A stretch of DNA of 64,000 bases from Catajapyx aquilonaris. Lineage: Eukaryota. The stretch's first letter is position 1. Each line of letters starts with the position of its first letter. The position numbers were made by a program, and so were the translations under genes. Of the stretch, positions 37,001 through 51,422 are shown piece after piece. Where the stretch lies: contig JYFJ02000248.1 of assembly GCA_000934665.2 (NCBI GenBank), forward strand, positions 1-64,000, read 5' to 3'. A model generated the notes under the pieces. It did no database searches, was not told the origin of the DNA, and saw only the letters and a list, made by a program, of their open reading frames with translations.

Positions 37001-39875
37001 CGACCAATGGCGCCTTTAAAAGTTTGGTTAGGAGACTTCTGCTGCCAGATGCAAAATTGCTAGTCGCAGCAGTCTGGGTTTGATTGGCAGTTTGGCTTCA
37101 CAGCTGTGTTTATCTCCCAGAACGAAGAGGTCGTGCTCCCGCATTAGTGGGTCGAATTTTGCACCGGGGAGGTCCCTGTCAGGACCCACGAAATGTTTGG
37201 GTTCGGTTATGTCAAAACGCGAGACTTCTTGGCTTCACACCACCCACCGAATATTTTGCTACTTCGGAGGAGGTCGATTCTGGTCCAGCTCATTGTGCTT
37301 TGAAGCTTTATATTTGGAATATTGTCGTCCGTATGTTACTATTTATTGCATTTACTGTTAGTCACGAACTATATCTAATAAGACATTTTTTTAAATTGAA
37401 AAATAAGCCCAAAAATTTCCGTAGAGAGTTACACATAAAAATACGTATTCTGGATCCATTACAGACAGCCCTCACTTGTAATATGATCCTCCTGCCCACT
37501 GAAACCTGTTTCCAGGATTTTGAACCCAGATTAGAGTATCACATCAGGAAAGAGTTGGTCGAACCGCAAAATCCATTCAACTGAATCCTGCATTCGGGTA
37601 TACACACCACAAACTCCCAACAGCCTCAGTTAATTTACTCCCTTTTCTGGTTTTGTACCTCCCCTCCCACTAATTACCTCCCCCCAGAAATAAACCAGTA
37701 AAAAAAATCTCTCGGTGGCCCGCGTAACCTTACCCGACCGACCAAACACATGAAACAGGATTGTGTCTAACGCAAACTTCTCCCCTTGGGTTTGCTTTGT
37801 TAGAGTTGCATTAGGGGGCTCTGTGGCAAGCTACCAACTCCCCGAGAGAGAGCCGAAACCTCCCCGTGGGGCTTGGGTCAACACGTGGCCTTTCCACTCG
37901 ACTCCCATAGAGTCATCCTTTTTCCATTGGCAACGACACCTCATCAACGTCAGTGGCCATGTGAGGTTATATGCTGGATAAATAAACGGAAGCACCATCA
38001 CATCACATGGGCGCCTCTAGGGGGGGCAGCAGCAGAGCAAAAGTTCGGATTTCTAACTATTATTGGGTTACTTCGACTTATTCCAATTTTCGGGTCCACA
38101 AAAGGTCTCCTCCATCAAAATCTGAAGCACAAGCGTCGGTTACTCGACACTCGGCAAACCCACTTAAGTAATTCCCTTGTATACTTTTCCTCCGCATTTA
38201 TTGCACATCATCGCACAGTGTCAACAATGGATTTGGGGGGGAGGGGGGGAAGAGAAGGGTAAAGCAATCTGAGGCTTGGAGGCTGCTGATTGGAAACCTG
38301 AAATTCTGGCAGATAAAAATGTGGGGTTGTTAATTGGGGAGGTCAATCGCAGTGAGGCGTAACCAGGCCGAAAATTGAGTTTAAATTATTGGGTGGCGAT
38401 TTAATCAATGCTGGATGAGGGCGTCGTACTCTTGAAAGGTTAATTCTGGCCATGTTCGTTGCACTGCTTGCGATTATATGTGCACTGTATGGGGGACAAA
38501 CTGAATTATGCGGTCTCAAAGGCTGACTTTGGTGGTTTGATGAATTTTCGCCATTCAAAAGTGACTTGCATAAAGGCGGGGGAGTTTAAATGGATGCCTT
38601 TTATGAGAGGATTTGTAAAAAGAGGTCTAATCATAATGGAACATGTGTAGGTTTCAAAGTGTTGCCATTTACCTTTTCATAGTCGGCATGGTGAAGGTGT
38701 ATGAACTTTAATGTTACTTTATAACCAATCACCTGTCGAGGTCATTGCGGGCACAAGAAGTTTCATTAAAAACCCGTAATGTATAATAATACGGTGATGC
38801 AGTTAATTTTACAGATATCACTGGTACATATGAATGATACGTGATGGGTGTGGTACATATTTATCTACAGTATACAGCATAGTTTTGCAATAGAAAAAGA
38901 GGCTATTAAGTAACAGTAAGGTCGTTTTTTAAATGCGAGATATGACGTAGCTACTCTTTTATTCCGAATTACACCGATAACCTAGTTGTAAAATATGTTG
39001 TCACCGAGTTTACCAACTTTGCAGCACTTCAGTACTTTGCATCGCCACATCAAAAGCTTGTTGTACGTGTAACAATTTGGAGAATGTTAATTGCAATATT
39101 CCAGTAGCGTATATAGGTAGTGGGAGGGACTACATTACGCCTACGCATCTGCATTTCCCGTAACAACGGTTCTAATGAAAATTGCACTTATCGGCAACAA
39201 TAAATTACTGCGGAATTCGACGCAGAGAATCCAATCAAGTGAAAATGACCCATACATATTGCGTCAGCTCAGGTATTAAAATAAACAGTATCTCAGCATC
39301 TGTCCGCTTTCACAACTTTGATACTTTGTATAACCATAACCCCATGTAAGTTAATAATAATTTTTCTGTATTGCATCCTCACAATGTAATGATGAAAGAT
39401 GTAACTTACTGCAATACAGTAATTATAGCTCTCTTATACGCTCGTAGATTAGAATTGAAATTGTCGCAAGGCAGTCCTGCTGCTATATACACTGTATAAG
39501 GATAAGAATATGTGATAAGATAATATGGCAGTGAACTTTATCTGTGTTACTATATCGTCATTACAAAAATATATTCTACCGGCTACCAGCAGCATTTAGC
39601 CGCTATACCAAACATCCGTGAGAAGTCGTCAAGTGTAGTTGTTCCGTTAAGGTAAGCTCATATTGAAAGTGAAAAATTAATATTCCATAAAGTGCTTTAC
39701 CTTACTACTTACCTACTGTATATTGGAGTTATCGTAGCAATATGTAGGCCTAAACATCACCACTTGAGGAACATGAAATTGTGTTTTTAAAATAACGTTC
39801 ATCATGCTAGACGCTAGAGTTTAGGGAGCTGTGTAGCGCAAGGAAACGTGTTTCTGACATACAGCCCACAATATA

Positions 39876-42800
39876 ATGCATTCCAGAGCAACATACTTGG
39901 CAAAGCTTGGGATTGAAATGCTCTATCCACCATCAGGAAAAGTATGGACAATCGTCACTGCAGTAGCTGGTATTTTTCTCTCTCTTTATGCAATCAAGAA
40001 ACTGCATTTTCATGGCCGGTGGAAGAAGGTCAGAAACACCTAAACCTACATTATTCTCCTCATTTGATACAATATTAATTATTTTTTTTGCCATGCAGAG
40101 ACAGATTGTTCACCAGCTGAGATTACGAGCTCAAAAGAGAAGACAGGAACGAGAGAAAAACTTGGCCAAATTGGTTGAGAAGCTGGCGGACGAGGCGGGT
40201 GTTCTCCTGACTCCAGAGAGGCAACAAATTGTCAGCTTATCTCCAACTGAACTTCTCCAGATGCTCAAAAGGAAGACTTTGACTGCCGTCCAAGTCCTTC
40301 ACGCCTTTCAAGCAAAGGTACAGTACACTGTATCCGTTAATATACTAAGGAGCTGAAAGATATTAACTGAAACTGAAACTACACGCTCCTTCATAATGTC
40401 GTCTAATTTTCTGACGCAGGCCATTGAAGTAACGAAGAAAAGCAACTGCGTGGTGTCTTTTCTAGACGAAGCTGAGGTAAGTCAAGCAGAAGAAACGTCA
40501 TGTTTCAGTAGCTTCCTCTCAATATTAGGCATGTGCACAGCTAGTTGCAGCTCCACATCCAGTATATGAATAATGTTCTCTCAAAGTATCATTCGATTTT
40601 TTCTGGACATACAATATACAGAAGCAATAAAAATATGCTTTACCATTCCCGATACGCGAATCAAAGGAATGGGCGGCTGAACTGGACAGAAGAGACCAAG
40701 TTGAATTATTGCCATTACACGGTCTACCAGTAAGCATAAAAGAAAACTGGGCCATCGCAAATCATGACATCACTCTCGGATTAGCCAAGAATCTAAATCA
40801 ACCCATGACTGAAGATTCTGCAAATGTGGCTGCCATCAAGCAGATTGGAGGAGTCCCCTTCTGCATCACGAATGTGCCACAAACAATGCTTAGGTATTAT
40901 GGAGCCTACAATTATATTCCCCATTTTATGCTTTCTTGTCAAATTATTAAAAATCTGTTCCATTTTTATACTCGAAGCTTTGGAGGAAGTAACCCGATAT
41001 ATGGCACGACTACTCATCCGACTCATCCGGACAGGACACCCGGAGGATCATCTTCAGGCGAGGCATGTCTTATTGCATCAGGAGGTTCTGTGCTGGGTCT
41101 AGGAAGCGACATAGGCGGAAGTGTGCGAATTCCTTCGCATTTTTGCGGTGTCTTTGGCTATAAACCCACTGGTGGAAGATTCAGGTGCCAATATTTTAAG
41201 ATAATCTAACTAAGACAAGGGTCATAAATACCGTATCAATAAAATGAAATACGATACACTCGTAGCATGCGTGGCATAATGCTAGTAATTTATTGCAGTG
41301 GTCATGGCAAGAAATCAGTAACTGCCGGATGTCCAGGATGTGAGTGTAAAATTATTAATTATTGAAATAAGCTGACGATTTCTGAGCAAACTATATACAA
41401 AATTGTATTTCAGTAACATCTACCGCTGGACTAATGGGAGCAGATGCAGAAATCATAATTACAGCCGCTCGTGAACTATTTAAGGATGGTTGGATGTCTT
41501 CCCTCGATCCTCTAGTTGTTCCACTGCCTTGGAATGAACAGGTCCACAATAATATTGGACTGGTAATTTTTAATATACGCATTATGTACATATTATTATT
41601 TTGCAGATATTCAAGCGTCAGAAGCTTCGAATCGGATATTGGGAATCAAGCAGCACTATTTTTCCTGCAATTCCTGCCTGCAGACGAGCCGTTCTGGAAG
41701 CTGCAAGGGCAATGGAGTCAGCTGGACATGAGATTGTGCCTTTCCAGCTGAATTCCAGAGAAGAAAAGGAGTGCTTCGAGCTCCAGGCCAAGCTGGCGTT
41801 AGCAGAGGGAGGAAGGGCATTCAGTCGTGCATTGCGAGTTACATTTTGCAAACTTATTATTTTTGTTAGTCCATTGTAGTTCAGTGAAATAATCTCCACT
41901 TTTACCTTTGGGAGAAATTCTCAATTATATGCACAAATATAGGCCTACTTACTACTTACGTTAGAGGGGTAATTTATAGTTAAGTAGGCAACGGTGGTCC
42001 ACTAATTTGAATAATTGATATTTGGCAGAGAAAATGAGGAGGTGTCAGACTCCATTCAAAAATACCTCGATGTTACTACGACACCCCGATGGTTGCGCCT
42101 GTTGTTGAAGCCAATAAAGCAGCAATTTACTAACCACAATCCAGCACTGGGAGGTACTGTATGTTGCAATAATGCATGTTGCATATAGGCATATAATTAC
42201 TCTAGTAATTCAAGTCCATTTATTATTGAATCTACAGCAACAAAGTCACATGAGCTGTGGGACACCCTGCATGCAGCTGACGTTTTTGCAAGAAAATTAA
42301 TTGGCAGATGGCGAAAAGCAAAGATCGACATATGGATGACTCCTGCCCACACCACAGTGGCCATGGAAGACAAGCTGACTGCCACCTTAATTTGTAAATT
42401 ACTTTCACTGCACTTCTTCAAAATCTATACTTAACATAACTTATGTATACTTTCTCTATGTACCCTGCTATAGTCACAGCTTACTACAACGCAATGTTCA
42501 ACGTACTGAACTTCCCTGCCGGTGTAGTTCCAGTAACTAAAGTGACTTCTGAAGACGAAGAAACACTTCGATCGGATTACAACACTCATGGAGACGTCGT
42601 GTTAAACATGATTAAAGAGGTAACTCAGGTCAGCCCTCATTTGAATGTCCCAACAGACCAAGTGTCAAAATCCTGACATTCCTATCCAAGCAATAATATT
42701 GGTCAATATTTATTCCGCCGATTACACGAGGAGATGCACTTTAAATTGGACATCGACCCTCGATCTATTGTGCCATTCATTTGAGCAAACCTATATATCG

Positions 42801-42958
42801 AAAGGTCATTATAATCACACTTTGGCAAACATTACCAGGCGGCGTATGGATCGACTGGCCTTCCTGTCGGTGTCCAGTTGGTGGGCCTGCCTTGGCAAGA
42901 TGAGCTCGTTTTGCACACAATGCAAGTTTTGGCAAGTGTGCTTCAAAGTCGAGAGTAA
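39876..42958 (+). CDS. FAAH: Fatty-acid amide hydrolase-like amidase, copy 1 (12 coding exons; start could be 39918)
   Basis: N-terminal TM helix; [29 protein letters not shown] and [10 protein letters not shown] motifs. Frame is intact if a GC donor at 41834 is used. Confidence 0.88.
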
Positions 42959-43778
42959 ACAGAGGTAGCTAGGCAGCTCCAATTGGAACAAGACGTGTGT
43001 ATCGCTATACATATTAAATAAATCCATACATGCTGAGTTTTATTTTAATAGCTCACCACAATTGGTTACAGGCACTTAGTAATTTAGGCAGCATTACCTT
43101 ATGGGGGTCATGCTTAATAGCGTCATGTTCTTGTTTGGCGAGTTAAAGGACCTTGACTCCTGCATTGGAGTGTAACTTACTAGTATAATATGACCGACTT
43201 CCGTGTTGTTTGCGTCTGCGCACTTGCATCGTAACAACCAGCTGGTGTACCGGTCTGGGATACAATACTCGCAGCATCGTCATTACCTTCACGACGTGTG
43301 TACCGTACAAATCCTGTGCCGTACGTATCGTGCCGTAATTCTGCCTACACTAATTGTTGCACTTCCATGGCAACACCTAAAGAATAGAAAATAGTTTTTA
43401 AAAAATCCTGAAACGTTGAGATAAAATTTTACTGTGGGCTAACTCATATTTTTTCGGCAACCAAATTGCAAGGTCAAGCTAATTATTGGAAAGGTCACCC
43501 ACTAGTTGTGTAATGTAACGTAATCACCCTTTTATCTAGAGACGGTAATGAACAATACTGTACGGCGTCAGATTCCACATGTGGTATCTATCAGGGAAGG
43601 TCACAGGGCCCGATAGCATTCGGTTAGTGTCAATAGTACGTTTCCTTCCACCGGCACAAGTTCACCGAGGTCTGCTGCAACAATAATTAACAAGTAAGTC
43701 ATTGTAATTTTGATCTCCTGCAGTGTATTAGTCACTGTAGTATGAGTTGACAATGCTGGGTATTATCCTGCCAGAAGC

Positions 43779-46700
43779 ATGCCTCTGCGCGCAGCGATGA
43801 AAGTGGTGGACGACTACTATGCAAGTACGAATCCAGCAGTGTCCGCCGCGGCCACAACAGCAGTCGTTATGGCTTCCATCTACGTAATCAAGAAACTGGA
43901 CGTGTACGGTCGCTGGAAACAAGTAATAAAAATTATTGCTTAGTGAGCTGTAGTGCATTCCTTACTGAATAGATGTAGTGCATTCCTTACTGAATAGTAG
44001 TCAGTAATCATATCAAATAGAGTGTTAATTAGTCAGCATTTCACACCCGGTTCCTGTTCATGCCCGACCTCTACCGTTGATCTTTCGAAGTGACGCGTAT
44101 TTCTCATCTGCAATTCAACATCTAAACATTCATAGCGGCGAGATGAGAAACCGTTTAACATACAGCAAGATGAATAGAATCCCATCTTGACAATAATACA
44201 GTGTAACACCATGATTCAAGAGGGTTTATTGTGTAAATTGTTCGGAAAATGAAGCATCTATTGTGATTTTTGCCATTGTTTCTGGCGGGGTAGGCCTATA
44301 TAGCCTACATTATGATTGTACAGCATCTCTGCTGTGCATAATATTATTATAATTATATTAATAGTAGCTAGAGGGGTGTGCAGGATGTGATCTCAACCAT
44401 CATTACGCCTCATTTATGCCCAACAGCGAGAAATTCGAAAGCAGTTCAGGGCTAAGACCAAGGCAAGGCAGGAAGAACGAGAGCGAGATGTTCAGGCTCT
44501 GACCCAGAAGTTGACTGGAGCGGCAGGTGTCCTGATGACTCCGTACAGGCAAGACATTGTCGACATGTCACCTGCCGCCCTGCTCAGCGGTCTCAAAAAC
44601 AACACCCTGAGTGCAGTGCAAGTCCTTCATGCCTTCCAAGCTAAGGTATCACCAATATTATACTATGTAAATTATACACAAATGTATAAATAATATATGA
44701 TATATTTCTCAGGCTATTGAAGTGCACAGAAAGTGCAACTGCATTGTCAACTTCATCAAGGAAGCTGAGGTATTAATTTTGCGTTTTTGTCAATTGCATA
44801 TGGCGGTAATTTATTATGCAAATTTTTTGGGCAACAGGACTGGGCCATCGAATTGGACAGAAATCCATCTAGGGAGTTACCTCTGCACGGTCTTCCGGTG
44901 AGCATCAAAGAAAACTGGGCCGTGGCTAACTACGACGTGACTGTCGGCGCCGCAAAATTCATCGGCCAGCCAATGAAGGAGGACTCGGAAAACGTGGTGG
45001 CCTTCAAGAAGCTCGGAGCCATACCTTTCTGTCGGACCAACATACCTCAAACTCTCTTCAGGTGACATGATCTGAAACATTCCCACATCAGTAAGGTACT
45101 TGACCGGTATGACTCTATTTCAGCTACGGAAGCAGTAACCCTGTGTACGGGACGACTGCCCATCCTACCCATCCGGACAGGACACCCGGAGGATCGTCTT
45201 CGGGAGAGGCTTGTCTGATCGCTGCCGGAGGATCCGTGCTGGGACTGGGAAGCGACATTGCCGGAAGTGTGAGGATTCCGGCTCACTTTTGTGGCATTGT
45301 GGGGTACAAGCCTACTGCAGGAAAGTTCAGGTATTGCATAATAATAGCACCGAACTTGGTATGACCGTTAATTTGTCACTGTTTGCAGCATGCGTGTGCC
45401 ACGAGCGACTCTCGCCGGATGTCCTGGTTGTAAGTGATTGCCGAAGACATCTTCTGTCACCGTAATGGCTGCTGAACGACATTTCTTTTCAGTTCTGTCC
45501 ACTGCTGGGCTGATGGGCAGAGATGTCGAGATAGTTGTGACGGCAGCGAGACATCTTTTTAAGGATGGTTGGATGGCAAAGTTGGATCCACTGGTTTCGC
45601 CCATACCTTGGAAGGAACACGTAAGTGTCGCGTGATCCTAAAGTCCAGGACTGAACAATAATTGTAGCTTACTTTTTCAGGTGTTTCGGAACAATAAGAC
45701 TCTAAGAATCGGATATTGGGACACCAGCGATTTGTACCCGACCATACCGGCGTGCAAGAGGGCTCTTTCAGAAGCGGCCAAAGCCCTGGAAGACGCCGGA
45801 CATGAAATCGTACCGTTTTCTTTGGACAAAGATGAGGTACGGCAGCTGTCCGAAGCTCTTGGGAAAATACTTCTCTCCGATCAAGGAAAAGCCCTGTCCA
45901 AAGTCTTGTAAGCATCTCAAACGCATTATTTATATATATTGTTCATATTATAACTTTGTTTCTGCAGGAAAAATGAGGAAGTGTCCCCAAGTATATCAAA
46001 TCTGGTGACCGTTGCCACAATGCCACATTGGATTCGCGTCCTTCTCACTCCAATTGCGCGATTACTTAGTAGTCGTACTCTTCTAATAGGAGGTAATAAA
46101 GGGAGTGACATTACTTTATTTCATTTGCCGTAACGCAATGTCATTACAGCGACGCAGTCTCACGAGCTGTGGGAGATCCTGTTCTTCAGGAGTACCTTCA
46201 TAAATAAATTGACCGACAAATGGCAAGACGCGCATATCGACGTTTGGCTTACTCCGGCCAACCCAACAGTGGCAATGGATCCAGACGTTACTTCCAAATT
46301 AATTAGTAAGTGTTCGGTACAGCAAATGCAATATATACGGTAGGCCACATACGTCCCGCAAAAAAGTTTCGGACAGACATCATCCGGAATAATTATGCTG
46401 ACGATTTCATGTAGTAACAAACGATTGTCCGAAAATGATGTTTCGATTGAAATGGATAAAAATATTTAATCGTGACAGGTTTGGCTTTTTACACTGCCAT
46501 ATTCAGCATGTTTAATTTTCCGGCCGGGGTAGTCCCAGTGACCAAAGTCACTGCTGAGGATGACGAGCACTTGAAAGATTACGACACCCAAGGAGACATG
46601 ATCTTGCGGAAGCTCAAAGAGGTTAGTGTCATTAGTCACAACGTAGGGATTAATGAATATTATTATATATGCTGAATTTTTGTGATTCAGAATGCTATGA

Positions 46701-46807
46701 AATCCGAGGGACTCCCTGTTGGTGTGCAGCTGGTTGGATTGCCCTGGCAAGACGAATTGGTTTTGAGAGCTATGAAGGAGTTGGAAAGTGCCCTCAAGAA
46801 AAAATAA
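43779..46807 (+). CDS. FAAH: FAAH-like amidase, copy 2 (12 coding exons)
   Basis: TM helix; [29 protein letters not shown]. All introns GT-AG and in frame. Confidence 0.88.
43949..43997. repeat. Perfect 2x tandem duplication (25-bp period) in FAAH copy 2 intron 1
   Basis: TGTAGTGCATTCCTTACTGAATAG at 43949 and 43974. Confidence 0.9.
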
Positions 46808-47547
46808 ATTCCATTAGTAGCATCACTGAAGGTGTATGCATGTACAGAGAATAAAATAATATATCCAACCCACTTTATGAGATCGTTTAAAGTTTTTAAA
46901 TTCAGCGACTGCTCGTCTGCAAAACTAATAAATGGTGATGACAACATAATAATTACACTGCTGTTTATTATTTTTGCTTGTAATAATGAGATGTCTATAG
47001 CTTAAATATAATGGCCAAATAATGTACTAGGGATTACGGTAAATAAAATGGAGCAACCCACTCTGTTTTTGCAGCACATACTGTTGTGCAAAAAGCATGT
47101 TGAACTTCTCTGCTTTGCGTTTTAAAATTTTATCAATAAGATACGGAGGGCAAAAATTGAGTGACTTTTTGATTAAGGAGACTATTATTTGAGTAATGTA
47201 GAAAATCAAGCCGGTGCATTGCTGTACGATTTATGAGGAAGTCGTCACATTCCAGAGAGTAATAATTCATAACACTTTTTCCATAAACATGATACAGGCA
47301 TAACCTTATATGCTTCACTTAACTATACACAAAAGTCAGAATAAATATCAGCAATGTTTTATACAGTAATTTTAGTGACAACATCAAGCTCAATTCTCTT
47401 CTTGTTATCAGTAAGGTCAAGAGCAGATAAAAGTCCATCAGCCCGTATCCGTCTGGATATGTTATTTTGCCAAGTTTTATGTGAGGATCAGTAGCGTGAG
47501 AGATTTTGACAAAACCGTTGCATGTTGTATATATTTTATGCGACACC

Positions 47548-50500
47548 ATGCCATTTCTGTTCACGTTTCATTCAACCTGGCAAGAGATGCTGGAAAGCTT
47601 TGTGATAGACATCAAATATTACAACTTCAACACCTTGTACGTGGTATCTGCAAGTGCAGTTGTCCTCAGCATGTTTGGTTACTCTCAGATTCGTCGTGCG
47701 TATAAGAAGGCAAGTGTATTAGTATTTTTGCTTCTCATTAGTTCTCACTTCACAGACGCAATACTTGTGTTGTTTCAGCGTGTAAGACGTGCTCTGATAA
47801 AGGAGAGAAACAAGAGGAGGTTGTTGCAAATGGAAGCTCTCAAAGAGAAGCTAAAAGTGGATAGAGAATTGCTAAACGTGGAACGAGACAGGATCACAAG
47901 CTTAACACCTCTAGATTTGATATCCGAATTGAAGGCAGGATCGATTACTGCTGTTGAAGCTGTCCAAGCATTTCAAGCCAAGGTGCAGTGCAATCTAATT
48001 GAATTTTGATTTGCAGACTAAATGTGCCTTAGTAAGTAACACTAACAATATTGCAGGCACTGCTCATCAACGCCAAATGTAACTGCATCGTGGAATTCAT
48101 CGAAGATGCAGAAGTATGTTTCTGGTGTGCCTACTCCTAAATCGATAATGATATTATTGACACAATTTCAAGGCCTGGGCGCGTGAACTTGACAACATGC
48201 CGGGGAAGACGTTGCCATTGCACGGTCTTCCAATAAGCGTCAAGGAAGATTTTTCTCTGGTGGATCATGACGTGACTCTAGGCTTCACTAAGTGGATGAA
48301 CATTCCCTCAAAGAGTGATGCAGTTATCATTACTGCTCTGAAGCGTCTTGGTGCGATACCTTTCTGCAGAACCAACTTTCCCCAATCACTTTTCAGGTCA
48401 GTTTTTAATTAAAGTCAGCCAAGCACGCGATGAATTTCTGCATTATTAGGTTACGTCACCTGTCTCTAACCTAACTACTGCAGTTTTGGCAGCAGCAATC
48501 CAATCTATGGAACCACAAAGCATCCGACCCATCCGGACAGGGGAGCAGGAGGGTCTTCTTCCGGAGAAGGAGCCCTGATAGCATCCGGAGGTTCTGTCTT
48601 GGGAGTAGGAAGCGACTCCGGAGGAAGTGTCCGGATTCCTGCCCATTTCTGCGGGATCGTAGGTTTCAAGCCAACTGCAGGCAGGTTCAGCATCAGGGGC
48701 AAGAAAGGATCGCTGCCTGGGTCACAAGGACGTGAGTAAATAACTATGTCGGATAATTGCTTGTATATATACGAGGGCGGTTTGATAAGTTTGGTAGCCG
48801 ATTTTTAGCCGGAAAAAGGTATTTGGCTTACTTTTTTCTACCAAACTTATCAAACCACCCTCGTACCTTTCAGTCTGCGCAAGTCCGGGGCTGATGGGTC
48901 AAGACGTGGATATTGTTTCTGCGACAGCTAAAGAACTATTCCGTTCGGAATTTCTGCATAAGCTGGATCCTAACACTGTGCCAATTGCATGGAAAGATGA
49001 GGTCAGAAAATCCATGCAAAATTATACCTACTTGTCATGCTTTATTATTCAAGTTCTGAACAGCACATCAACCAGTAGTTCAAATGTTTAGATAGCATCA
49101 AAATGATACGTTTAAGTCATGCTGAATTTATTTAAAGGTGTACGAAAGCACAAGACCGTTAAGGATTGGCTTGGTGAGTGACTTTGCTTGCACTCCTGCG
49201 ACTCCTGGATGCAAAAGAGCAGCTCAGAAGGCGGCCAAGCTGATGGAAGATGCTGGACACACGATTGTACCGTTTGACTGGGATCCGAAGGAGACTTTTG
49301 ACATCCTGGAGCTGATGTATCGATTGATTCTGGCAGACGACGGACGCACACTAAAAGAATTCCTGTAAGCCATCTATAGATTAAAGGTCTGTCTGGAAGA
49401 GTGCCAATGATGCGGAATAATATTCTCAAAAAAATAATAGTTTTTGGACCAGAATATTAATTTATAGCACTGCATGAACTGTGTAATGTCCAATCCGACT
49501 TATCTAGTTCTAAAAGCAGTGAATATTTTTAATCTACAATTTTGTAACCCATAAAACGATGATTTTAAATTTTCAGAGGCGATGAAGACGTGAATGAATC
49601 CATATGGTATTTCTACGCCGTAGCTTGCGTTCCTCTCTGGCTGAGAAAGTTGGCTGTTCCATTTCTCAAGTGGTTTGGAAGAAGGATCTACATTACTGGA
49701 AGTATGAGCTGATATCCAAACATAACGTCTAACGTTGTCACCATGGGATCTATATTTATTCTTGGGGATATCTTACAATTATGCAATTTCAATAGCTTAG
49801 ACCTACTAGATAATATTGAATATTATTTAATGCGAAATATATACTGTATATTTTAGGACAGATACTTGTATACCTACATGTCAGATAATGACATTATCTT
49901 GCTGGGTGGTTTTTTTTACAACTGAAACGATGAGCTGGTGAATGAGAATATTATTTATTTTCTCTTCTCATGCAGACTGTCATTCACATGACTTATGGCA
50001 AGGAATGGTCAAGCGTCTGGAGCATATTGAAAGGATTATGGAGAGATGGCAAGAATTGAAGCTGGACGTCTTGATCACTCCTGCTTTTGCCTGCCCTGCA
50101 ATAGCACCTCGCTATCCCAGCAGGTTGATCTGTAAGTATAATGACTAATTTCAAAGGATAATTCAGACATGGACAGTATACATTCTCAATAATATTGTAC
50201 TATTATGGGTCACAATAAGAATGGCTTTATTTTGCAATGAAAAAAGAGCGAGTGCACTTTATTGTACATCAAGCAGCTCCGTTTACAGTAGGCCTACTTT
50301 GTTATTTATAAATGATACTGTACACTGTTTATTATATTGGCTATTTTTCTTCAATTTGTCATAAGCAAGGAACTATTTCAGATTTCACCTTCTTCACAAA
50401 AGTGTTCAACTTTTTCAACTTTCCGGCTGGCGTGGTTCCAGTGACTCATGAAACTGCAGAAGACCAAAGAATTTTATTGCACTCGTATAACACCGAGAAT

Positions 50501-50916
50501 GACTTTCTGCTTAGATCCCTGAAGGAGGTATACTCACGCAGAATGTCTTTCTATAGTTTATAATGTACTGTACAAGGGAGGTGGTGCATTATTTATTTCA
50601 AGTTCACGACACAAAAACTGATATGGGGATGTTATGTACAGTATTGTCACACCCAGAAACCAATTTAAATACTTCAATTCTAAATTTTTCGCCTTTTGAA
50701 CTGGAAATTTTGGCAATGAACTTTTTGGTTTCAGCTATACCTCCGAATTTCGAAGCATTAGGAACCGCTTGATCTAACACGAGCCTTCTATTTTAGGCCA
50801 CTTTGGGTGGAGAAGGTCTTCCACTGGGAGCTCAGATGGTAGCACTTCCCTGGGAGGAAGAACTTCTGCTGCGAGCTATGAGAGACTTGCAACAAGCCGT
50901 CAGGGCAAACGAGTAA
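47548..50916 (+). CDS. FAAH: FAAH-like amidase, copy 3 (11 coding exons; start could be 47588)
   Basis: [29 protein letters not shown]. First intron is GC-AG (47710-47778). Confidence 0.87.
48772..48863. mobile_element. 92-bp mariner-type MITE in a FAAH copy 3 intron
   Basis: TA TSD at 48770-48771 and 48864-48865. 26-bp TIR CGAGGGCGGTTTGATAAGTTTGGTAG / CTACCAAACTTATCAAACCACCCTCG. CGAGGG termini are typical of mariners. Confidence 0.85.
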
Positions 50917-51422
50917 AGCAGCATAAACACGTCGTTTTCTTCCTGGCAATAAAACGTGTCCAAAATAATATTCGAGCTACTCCTTTATTAACTACTATTA
51001 GGCTAGTACGTAATAACTGAAGGTTAAGTAAGGGTTATTACTAGTCCCATGTATATGACAATCCCTTTTTGGTTATACTATAGTACTATACTACACTATA
51101 AAGACTTACATGCATACACATTTCATGCCCATAAAGTTTCAGGTGCAGGAGGCGCTAGGAGGTCCCTATTTCGGAAACGGTTCCTTTACATTCGCAATGA
51201 GCCACGTCTGAAATAGCCCAACGCCCCGGAAATTTTTTGTAAGCTTGCAAAAACTGTATACTGCTCGACTATGTTCCGATGTCACAGTACCCTCTATACG
51301 TCGTTACACAAGCAGTGTTTCAGCCACCAAACCTATTCAAAGAACACCCAGCCCGTTGGTGTTTGGATGCAAGCAAGAAATTACATTTTAAGCTGCATCT
51401 ATTTGAATAGCTAGGGTTTGAA

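Noticed and set aside
37084..37584. 166-aa ORF downstream of Dmrt93B
   Set aside because: Non-ATG start, no motifs and no splice support.
41918..42020. Degenerate inverted repeat in a FAAH copy 1 intron
   Set aside because: Only short patches pair (TCAATTAT, GCCTACTTA), too decayed to call a MITE.
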